Positions 53,458-64,000 of a DNA stretch of 64,000 nt are shown here, piece after piece. Source of the DNA: Eledone cirrhosa (lineage: Eukaryota). Below the pieces are notes generated by a model that saw only the letters and a list, made by a program, of their open reading frames with translations, ran no database searches and had not been told where the DNA came from. The stretch is from positions 303,738,001 through 303,802,000 of the forward strand of contig OZ024743.1 of NCBI GenBank assembly GCA_964016885.1. The letters are read 5' to 3'. Numbering within the stretch: position 1 is the stretch's first letter; each line of letters opens with the position of its first letter. A program made the position numbers and the translations under genes.

Positions 53458-54590
53458 ATGGTGACGAGATCCCTCTGCTGTCAACACCCTTCGAAAAGAG
53501 GGCTGAGGATGCCGTGGCTAATGATGCGTAAACACGCATTAAAGCTACGGCACCTCCACGTATTCCTCACAGGTCAACCGGTGTGGGCCCCGTTTGCGAG
53601 ACCAACCTTTCCCAGATTCGTCTCACTCACTGAGCTGCAATCCTGGGTCAAGCAAAGACCGAGAAAACTGGGCGCCTGGCACACTGACTGTGCCCAGGTG
53701 CTCAAGACCCGGTGGCAGGCGGATCCGGTTATCAGTGGAGACTCCACCTCGACATTCTATAGAGGGCCGGTACGACGATGCCCTCGGAGAAGCCATAGAC
53801 ATGCAGGAAGACGAACTGGACAGCCTGTTCGGTAGGACATTCAGCCCAGGACCTATAGACAACTTCTAGAAGTCCCTGTCCTGGCACTGCTACCGAGGGG
53901 CTCTACCCGTTCGAGAAAAGCTCTACAGACACGGGCGACCGGGTAGGGACCCCGCCAAAAAGATCTGCCCCAGATGCGTGTGCGACGAGGAAACCGTTGC
54001 ACACGCATTGGTACACTGCTCGGGCGTAGCCGATCTGTGGGGCTATGTCGAACGACTGCTGTCACGGGTGGGACCGATCCGGTTGACCACCGAGGCCATT
54101 GTAACGATTAAGCCGCCTCCCCCCGTCAAAAATGAAGGAGAGAATGTGTTTCTGTGCGTAATAGCCATGGTTGTATGGTGGACGCGTCTGAAAGGACTGA
54201 GGTCAGGCAGCTTTCTCTCTGGCCAACAACTGATCCGTTGCTTCCGATATCATTTCGGAAGAAGGATCAGGATGGAGAGAGAGTTGCTCCATCCCAGTCG
54301 TTTTTATGAAAGGTGGTGAAAGTGCCGAGAATGGCCCGTGTGAATGGGCCTTCTCTCTACATCAGCCTGTAGGTGGAAAAGATGAAGGAACGAAGGAGCA
54401 TCCTCTCTCTGTGCTCCTGAGTTGAAGGGTTGCACACTTTTTTCGGGGTGTGTGCGACTTCCGAAAACGCCTCCTCCCTATTGAGAACTTTATTATTAAT
54501 TTTACATTTGTAATTTGTTTTCCTTACTCGCCTTTTTGTGTATATGTATTTGTCCCCTTCTTTTGCGCCCTCGTGGCAATAAATAGAAAT
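53458..54590 (+). mobile_element. 5'-truncated L1/Tx1-like LINE (C-terminal zinc-binding region + 3' UTR)
   Basis: KSLSWHCYRGALPVREKL; CPRC..ETVAHALVHC; VVWWTR; tail runs into (TCTA)n. Confidence 0.8.
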
Positions 54591-54699
54591 ATATCTATCT
54601 ATCTATCTACCTGTCTGTCTATCTATCTACCTACCCATCGATATATCTGGTTGACTGCAATCCCTAGTTATATTATTTAACTTTATTCATCTATGTATT

Positions 54700-57290
54700 A
54701 TCTTCGGACAAATAAAGCAATAAAGAAAACAGATAAAATGCAATATAAGTCCTCAGTTTTTCCGGGGATAATATCGACCATACTTAAATATGGAATGATA
54801 CGCGATGGGGCCTTACCGCAACCCCGGCGGTCAGAATGGAGAAGGCATAACCCTGTAGGACGGCAAGGGAGACGCGCTGGAAAAGTCACTCCAACTCGCG
54901 GGGCTCACACCTGCGGCTGGCCAACTCAGCGCCTATGGTAGGGAGTAGGGAGGTAGCCCTAGGGTCGAGTACACCAGAAGTCTCCACTGCAAGGGGTATA
55001 ACCGCAAACCTGTCAGAGAGCGAACGATATTTGAGGAGTTTAACCTCCTCAGCCCGACGTGCAGCAGAACACGGGTTCATCGCAGACTGCACCAGGTTGC
55101 AGCTGCAGAAAGTGGCGGTGCAAGTGGCATCCCAGACGAGGGGTTTGCCACCGCGGAACGAGAATATGGTCATGCCACCTGGCCTTTTGCCGTCCCCTCG
55201 GTCCAGCCCCACAGCCTCGAGCTGGAAAGAGAAGGTTGCAGCGTCTAAGCCAACGTTTACGTCTTCGTTGAGGGCAGCATGGCGTGGAAGGCGACAGGAA
55301 TGCGGGTGGAGGCCGAAAGTGTCCACGGTGGATCCGCAGCGATATTGGTGTGGCTCGCAGTTCCGGAGGCCGAGCCATAAGGAAACGCCGATGCGCAGGC
55401 TATTGTAGTTCTTAGTGCCAGTGGAGAAGGAGGGTAGGGCGTGGAGCCAGGCACGTTTGTGGGGTTGGGAGGCCGCACGAAAACAGGCAAGTCTGTGCTG
55501 TTCGAGCTGGCATGTGAGCTTGTCTGAGGCCAAGCTGCACTGTATGGCTTCCCAAGTGCTTTGGGGTGACTTGACATCAAGAGGGGGAGAAGGAGGAGGG
55601 ACGTCTACTGGGCTAAGTTGCAGCCGGTCTCACGTCTCACAGGCAGCCTCATGTTCTCTAAACACAGAGGGTTCTATTGTGTTTAGAACAATAGAACCCT
55701 CTGTGTATAGAGAACCCTGCTGACGAGGACGTGGCAGGAGCTTACCGACGAAAGATACGTTGGCAAAGCCAGTGAGATCGGGGACCGGAGGCCAAGGCCG
55801 CCATAACTGAAATATAAAGTGGCCTGTTGCCATACAATGACGTCAAACTTGACGTTGCATATCTCCTCGGCTTCTGCTCGGATACAAGTATCGAGGTCAA
55901 CGAGGAGAGATGAGTGGGCGTAGCACGGAGCGCTGCGAAGGGCATAGAGGAGCTTCGGCATGGCAAAGCAGTGCCTCAACAGAAAGAGGGCTGGGGGGCC
56001 GTCGATCAAGCCCAGTCGGCTCGTGAGAGTCTGGTTTTGATGAAGCCTTGACCTGATGATGGAACGGATGGCCGGCGCGTGGATCGGTGACACGAGAGGA
56101 TATGGACACCATCTTTGGGGGTCACCTGTACTTGGTGGAGGATGAACCGCGCGTCCCAGACGGAGGCTGCAAAGCTCTCGGCTGACATTCACCCCCTCCG
56201 ACTTGGCGGAGTTGACCTGGATGCCGATTCCCGGCAGGGCAGAAACCACTGTTGTAGTTCATGGCAGACAATCTGTACGGACCCGCCCAACGTTGCATCA
56301 TCCAGATACCAAACATTGAGGGGGGCGTGATACACCGGGCGATGTGGTCTATAACAAGGGTAAACGGGATGGGTCAAAAGGGTCGCCCTGTTGGACCCCA
56401 GTGGCCGAACGTATGACCGTATCAGCAGCAAGGAGCATACTTCGTGCTCCATACGACAGGTAGGCCAGCGGGTAGGCAACGTGGGCTCGGCTGAGGGAGG
56501 TATCGAGCAGATGGTCCCGGCGTAAGCAGTTGAAGGCATTCCTCATGTCAAGTTTGACAATGAGGTGCGTGGAGTCTCTGGATGCTGGTTTCGGTGGGCA
56601 GCTGTTGAATAACTGTCTGGCTGCATGTCCGACCTCCTCACAACCACCGGACACGCCGACACCCAGTTCCACCGGACTGAACTCCTCACCCAGTTCGGGT
56701 GTTTTGGACCTGCAGACCACCTTGGCAGCCAGCCTCCGGAAGACATTGCCCACAGCGACGGGGCGTATGCCACCCTCTTTCTTCCTGTAAGCGGTGAGGC
56801 TAGCCGAAAAAAGAGGCCCCGGGCGTTAAGGTCGAGGTTGCCATGGCTAAGCCATGGGGTGAACGCCACGATAGCACTCAGAAGGCGGAGCCCCGCCTCA
56901 GCGGTGAGGGTGATAGCAGCTCCCTGAGGTGGCCTGGTCGGAGACCATCAGCACCGCCGCGACTGCTAGCTGGGAAGGACTTGATCGCGGACATGATGTC
57001 TGCATCAGAAGCCACAAGTGGGTGTCGGGTGGGTGTATGGGTCTGCGATCAGCGGGTGGCTCAGGGTGCTTGAGTCGCAGGGCAGCCAGGACCTCCTCGG
57101 TGGGTTGTAGGACAGTGTCCTCTGAGGCAACGCCTCTGACTGATGCCGAGACATCACCCATGTTTAATTTAGTATTTACTCGTCGCGCAAATGCTTGGCG
57201 CTGGCCTCAGGGTTGGAGGATTGGGGATACTCGAGAGTGGGGTGTATGGTGTCTCTAGGCACGCTTGTAATGGGTGCTTGCCCAAAGGAC
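54700..57290 (-). mobile_element. CRE-like non-LTR retrotransposon (RT + restriction-like endonuclease), frameshifted, 5'-truncated
   Basis: GNVFRRLAAK; LGVGVSGGCE; KLDMRNAFN; GVQQGDP; WYLDDATLGG; YGGLGLR; RHAALN; DGKRPGGM..WDAT; AEEVKLLKY; PLAVETSG. Confidence 0.9.
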
Positions 57291-57899
57291 GATTAACAAA
57301 TAAACGGAGAAAAAAGCTGTAATTGATAGAAAATAATGTAAAATGTAATAGGGTGATTGTTGGTATGATAGGCGGGGTAGATAATGAAATTTGAGAATTA
57401 TATTATATCTACTTAAAACATATTACTATTTGTTAAATTTTTCAATAGATGGACTAGGCAGACATTTGGTTATGCAGGTGGCAATTGTGGTCAACTACCT
57501 TTCCTCGATAAGGTGAATTCAAGAAATGATTTGCTGTGATGTTAATGTACGCCATGTTCAAATTACACAGGTTTTTGTAGAACTTATTCTTGTTGATTGG
57601 AAAGTATGTTGAGTGTTTTAATTTGAAGGATTTAGTGAATGGCGACTATGTGGGGTGGGTCAATTTGCTAGATCCTTAATGGGAATACCATGGTACTCTA
57701 GTAGGAGACATTACAAGAATTGTGGTTGGAAAATTGTGGTGAATTGTGGTTGAAAAACATTGGAACTGACTAGGGGAATGTTCGGTGGTTGACGTGATCA
57801 TGTTTATGATAAACTGCATATTGCATCTAATAACTAAGTCTTCTACGTTTAAATCTAATATATATATACAATATTCTCTTGTCCCATTTCGAATATAGT

Positions 57900-58895
57900 A
57901 ATTTCTCACTCTTAGTACGGCTGATACTTAAATATAAGTATGTATATGTATACATATATGTATACAGACGTACAGTAGTATGTATATACATACATACATG
58001 CACATATATATATATGTACGTGTGGGTTTACCGAACATTTATTTTAATGTTCGGTTTGTTTGTAAACAAACAACCCAAATTAAGCCGTACAGTATTCGGC
58101 AACCATCGTTTCCCTTTGTTCAACACTGACAAAGGAACGATGAACTAGTTTCTAGCTTATTAGCTTTCATCCACATCGTATACCTTCCTGTCAATCGATT
58201 GAACGTTTGAAAGTTTATACTTTCCTTATGCATATTAATGGCTGAGCAGCCTAATGTGCATATCGAGTGAGTTAGTCGGCCGGGCGTACCGAAAACGATA
58301 AATGGAAAAATGAAATTACATTTCTCACAATTTATTTACAAACAAACCGAACGTTATAATAAATGTTCGGTAAAACCATACGTGCATATATATATATATA
58401 TATGTGCATGTGTGTATGTATATAAATATTACTGTACGTCTGTATACATATATGTATGTACATATACATACTTATATTTAAGTATCAGCCGTACTAAGAG
58501 TGAGCATACAATTTCATTTTTCCATGTATCGTTTTCGGTACGCCCGGCCGACTAACTTATTCGATATGCAAATTAGGCTGCTTAGCCGTTAACATGCATA
58601 AGGACAGTATATACTTTCAAACGTTCAATCGACTTACAGGAATGTATACGGTGCTGATGACAGCTAATAAGCTAGAAACTAGATCATCGTTCCTTTGTCA
58701 GTGTTGAACAAAAGGGCAACGATGGTTGTCGAACACTGTACGGGTTAATTCGGGCTGTTTGTTTAGAAACAAATCGAACATTATAATAAGTGTTCTGTAA
58801 ACCCATACGTACATATATATATATGTGTGCATGTATGTATGTATAGACATACTACTGTACGTCTCTATACATATAGGTATGTACGTATACATACT

Positions 58896-58897
<2 letters not shown>
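57900..58897. mobile_element. ~430 bp HHR family, array 3: minus-strand unit then ~1.3 plus-strand units, head-to-head
   Basis: Orientation switch near 58330; HHR relics at 58137-58179 (minus, core TGGATGA) and 58648-58690 (plus, CTGATGA..GAAA-CTAG-AT, U16.1 lost). Confidence 0.85.
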
Positions 58898-58972
<75 letters not shown>

Positions 58973-59531
58973 GCACATATATAAATGTGTGGTGTGTGTG
59001 GGGGGGTGAGGGGGCACGTGGGGCTGTATGTGTGTAGGTATGTTGATATATAATTGTATATGTGTATTTAGATACACATACACATATACACTTATATATA
59101 ACGTCTATGAAAAATGATATTCCACTGTTGCCACTGACATGAGTTGAACAATTTTGTGAATCAATTTATTCCAAGTTTTGCCACATTTGATTGTTGTTAT
59201 TGTATGTTGTTATTTTCTTTATATATATTGTGCGTAATCGTTTTTATATTACAATTCTTCTGAAATACAAAATCAAGTACAAAGTTCCGCATACAAATTC
59301 TGAAGTCCGTAGACGCCATCTGTTTGTTTGTATGTATGCAAATATGTATGTTTGTAAGTATATATATATATATATATATATAACCACACATGTGTTTATT
59401 TATGTATGCATGTGTGTATGTATCTATCTATGCATGCCTGTATTTATGTAACCAGAAATATAGGTATATAGGTATGTATGTATTTATATATGTATATAAT
59501 TATACATAAATACATATATACATACATACAT

Positions 59532-59599
<68 letters not shown>

Positions 59600-59603
<4 letters not shown>

Positions 59604-59795
59604 CGAAGGAGTTGTCGTGTGGTAAGGAACCAGATGGACCATAATGCACTAGAGTACTCAATACTTAGGGTAGTATAGTGGGTAATAGGAAAATGTATGA
59701 TACCGACGGCAGAGCTCAAGCCGTTTCGACGGCTATTTCAGTCCAGAAATAGCCGTCGAATCGGATTGAGCTCTGCCGTTGGGGTCATGCATTTT

Positions 59796-59800
<5 letters not shown>
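59600..59800 (+). mobile_element. Copy of the ~200 bp hairpin-ended element, in (TA)n
   Basis: Homologous to 5163-5357; hairpin ~59684-59800. Confidence 0.75.
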
Positions 59801-59875
<75 letters not shown>

Positions 59876-60089
59876 ACACATATACATTTGCGCATACGTG
59901 TTTGTGTAAATGTAAGTGTCAGTGATTATGTATATGAATTCCCACGTTTTCCTCACTACGCTGAACACCCAAATGACAGGATATTAAAAGCGACCAACAT
60001 TAATTTAGAAATACATACATAAATAGATTTTTTTATCAATCAGAGAAGATGCCACTGATCAATAGAGCATACATCTAAGTATATATATG

Positions 60090-60169
<80 letters not shown>

Positions 60170-63100
60170 AAAACATTTTGTATTTCTTATTCACCTTCTT
60201 TCTCATTTTAACAATATTTCCATTTCTACCATTACAGAATGAATGTTTGGGCTGCCATCATTGGTTGATTGTATGCTAAGCATGCGCCTCTAGATGGAAT
60301 GAATATGTCGGCATTTCAAAACGTAACAGTGATTTTTTTTCTTCTCGTTGACACTATTTCCGTTCTCATTCTTATCAATATTGGGTAAATATTGAATATC
60401 ACAATATCTCATTCATATAGAATGCAATTCTTTTTTATGTAAGAGCATGAAACCTTTTTTTTTTTACTTCGCAGTACTCGTAGTATAATTCGTGTCATGT
60501 ATTTTGCTGAACCTTATTTCCATTTACGAATGACATTTGCCATAATACAGACAACGAGTGGTCGATTAAGTACAGCTCTTTTCTGCAAAATGGTGCCGTA
60601 AGTTATGCAGTGAGTCGTCTTCTTTTATAGCGTATAAATCTATGCATATTCAATCCAAATCACTATACGTTCTACATATAATACTGCTTAGTTAACATCT
60701 TCATAGCATATACCGTCGAAAAACGGCGGTAGAAGCAGGAGAGTGAAAAGACAAATGCAGTATCACATAAGTTGAAACACGTTAGAGGGAGATACGAGTA
60801 AGAATCATGGTGACATGGAATTTAAATTGTATTTACTATATTCAGGTTTCTTGAACCATTAAGAATAAGCAGTAGTTATTATACAGACTTTAGCGTTTAC
60901 GTTCAATAAGAATAATGCTTCTGTGCTTCATTGCCTATTAATCTAATTACACTTGGACCTAATATTTTCGTTTACATCTATGAGGAATGATATATATATT
61001 ACACACGCCAGGGCCAGTATTTGTTTATGTCTTAAATGTGTTATTTGAACATCTCAATTTATCATTTATTTGGCTAATTCGGTATTCATTCATTTCAAAA
61101 AAAGTTGATTTTCCTACTTAATTTGATAAAAATGTTTACGGTGATGCAATTTCATTTAAATATATTATTTTATATGATTGTATATAATCAGTTTGATTCC
61201 ACAGTTTCCGCTTTCTCAGAATTGAATATTTGGCAATCATTTCATTAAGCAATTTACAAGTAATATATATTCAAGTTATTATCTTCGTTCTACATTCGCA
61301 TTGAATGAACAGATGAATAAGGCAATGGAAATCTAAACGGTAGAGTAATTATTAGGTATAGAAAGAAACCAAGGAAGGATAAACGTAATGTATATAGTAA
61401 ATAATTATTTCTGTATTGTCTATGGTTAAAGCAGCCTTTTGTGAATTTAATACTCGTTCAATGATACTTATTGTGTTTTAGCGTTTGGTTTTTATGTGAC
61501 GCTCAAATAAAAGCATGATGCATATTCTTATGATACGCCTGAGTTGACAACTTACATTGAAACGTGTTATTCATGGCTATTATGTATAATAATAACGGCC
61601 GTTTATCGCACTGATTAAACGCATTGGACTGGGAAACTAGTGATACGTGGTTCGATTTTCCATAAATTTCTCTGTTCAATTTTGCCGTTCTACGCAAATA
61701 TTCAAGTTTCACTGATAATTATCTCAGAAAGTATTTACCTAATGAGCAAACCCTTCTTATGCGAATCTATTGCGCAGCTTCAGAAATAGAATTATTGAAA
61801 AAGGCACGACGTTGACCGTTGATTGTGGTACACATCACTTGCCATCCTAAATCAAAACGTGAACACCTGAACCTGTGGGACTTAATCGATTTTAAGGAAA
61901 CTCAAATGTGAAGAGAAAATACGGAAATTGGAGTATTTATCTAATCAAATATTTATTTATTTGGGAGAAATATATCACACTGGGGTGTTTACTGCACCCG
62001 TCAACTCAGACAGAAAACAGATGACGTAAGTATATTGTTTATACTGCCAGAGATATAACGTGTCATAGACAGGTTCCATTTAGTGGTGATTCAATACCAC
62101 CTACTAAAGCGGACACGTATATAGGTGGAGGTAACACTTATGAAATACTGAAAAACGTCTTGTTGAATTATAATATTAACATTCTCATCTTTATACAGGA
62201 TAATGTACCGGACACACTCTTGCATGGTTAACTCGATTAGAATTATCTCTCATCAGCATTGGATTTAATATTTGATTTAAATATAATGCTAGAATGTTTT
62301 GTTTGGTGGCCTAAAATTGGATTCCACCTAAACACCCAATTATTTATATATGTTAACGTGGGAAACCTTTCTGTCTCTGCTGCGGCTATTTAAGACGGCA
62401 TGTACCGCAAGAGCAAGAAGGAGAACCTATTTCTAAGCTATGCTTTGTAAGCAGCATTCTTTCTTCGGGTGGCATCTTTAATTTCCTACTGCCACCTGGT
62501 GACACAGCGATTCGATTGCAAAACGTAACATATGTAGCAGAACATATCAGGTAAATAATCACCATCCTTAGTTTGATAATGGGGTTTGATGAATTTGGAT
62601 GCAATCGTATCCACATACCTGGTTGTGGCCTCCTTATCAACAAGCACTCCTCACTTTATTCTCAAACTAAACATGCATAACACGTTCCTTTTGGTATCAT
62701 GTTATACTTCAATCCTTTTCCACGTGTTACATGGCAAACATGTTACTCAACTATAGGAGTAACATAGATTGCATCTTAATTAGATTTTCTACTTTCTAAC
62801 ACAGACTTATGTTATAAAGGAGAATATATCTACGTTATGCTCGTACATTAAACGTATGAAAACTAAAACCGAATCGCAAGTGAAATACTTGTAGATGAGA
62901 ATAGATTGCATGATATATTATATATTACCTTTCTAGTTATGGAACTGCAAGGAATATATTTTAAGTGGATGTTCAATAGGTTTGCCTCCAAAACTTGCAT
63001 GTCGTTTCATAAGTAATATTTCATCATTAAGATGTGATGATGAAAGATCATCTGATGAAAAAATCGTTTTGAAAATATAATGTTTTGTATATGAATATTA

Positions 63101-63483
63101 TATCTGGAGAGTTGAAAATGATATTAGTAGTTTTCCTGGGAATTTAACGGATGTGTTTCTCAGAATGATATCAACTTCACTAATTAGGAATTATCAGGGC
63201 GTATTACATTCAAGGAATCGTGTAGTGTTAATGTGAATTGTTACAATTAAAGGTCTAAAACGCACAAGTATATATATGAAATACAAGCAAGAAAGCTGTA
63301 ATAAATAGAAAAGTTCTCATTGATAGACGTGTTTCTTCTTCTTAAGAGGGTCGTAAGGGAAGATTCCTGAAAGACTCCTTCCAGCGGGTCCTGTCAGAAG
63401 CAACTCTCTCACACTAATCCGGCTTTATTTCCAAGCGATAACGCCACAATAAGTGAGCGAAGAAGAAGAAGAAGAAGAAGGAG

Positions 63484-63484
63484 G

Positions 63485-63537
<53 letters not shown>
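63484..63537. repeat. (TAA)n microsatellite, tail of the adjacent LINE
   Basis: Perfect ATA run. Confidence 0.9.
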
Positions 63538-63538
<1 letters not shown>

Positions 63539-64000
63539 TTTTCTTTATTAACCACAAGGGTTTACATAAAGTAGACATTAAGGACAGTACAGGACAATAC
63601 AGGACGGTACAAATGGGCATTTCTGCGTGTAAAAAACAGAGGATGAAATAAAATAACAAAGAAAAATTCCCCAATAGGGGGGAGATTTCCGAGGAACATT
63701 TGTGGAGAAAGCCCATTAAAAGACCACAGTGACCCTGACCACCAGGGCAAGTGCCCTCTCCCAGTTTTCCCCCCTTAATTTACAGACACATACTCAGAGA
63801 AGGCCCATTCATTCGGGCCATACTTGCTTCTCTCACCCATCTTTCAACAAAATGCTGGGAAGAGAGCATTTCCGTCTCTACCCTGATTTTCCTTTTCAAA
63901 TGAAATTTGAAAAAGTTAATCAGGGCATCACCGAAGAGTAAGTGCTCGTCTTCAGCCCTTTCAAACGTGTCCACCATACTATCTATTTCGCCCTGGCCAC
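63538..64000 (-). mobile_element. L1/Tx1-like LINE 3' end, continuing beyond the window
   Basis: ORF FFKFHLKRKIRVE..FVERWV..ARMNG is homologous to 53978-54319; ends cccttgtggttaataaagaaaac+(TTA)n. Confidence 0.8.

Noticed and set aside
63044-63087. CTGATGA-aaaaatcgtttt-GAAA-ATA-TA HHR-like motif
   Set aside because: Stem III too short and not palindromic, stems weak and AU-only, no repeat context; probably chance

Overview
AT-rich, (TA)n/(CA)n microsatellite-dense eukaryotic DNA. An animal, possibly mollusc/cephalopod-like, origin is inferred from the SINE type and repeat landscape. No intact protein-coding gene is evident, and most ORF-track entries are microsatellite artefacts. The window is dominated by mobile-element relics: five Penelope-like retroelements (PLEs; RT and/or GIY-YIG), several with inverted pseudo-LTRs; a decayed PIF1-helicase Helitron and a non-autonomous Helitron; a CRE-like LINE; L1/Tx1-like and RTE-like LINE ends; tRNA-derived SINEs; and several fold-back elements. 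The most striking feature is an unusual density of minimal type I hammerhead ribozyme (HHR) motifs: about 18 motifs from at least 6 sequence families, about 10 matching the full core with plausible stems. They occur in PLE pLTRs and in two non-coding tandem-repeat families (310 bp and ~430 bp units) that look like non-LTR retrozymes. One family is nested in the (TA)n tract of the other, and the ~430 bp arrays repeatedly lie head-to-head. All structures were read by eye and are untested.
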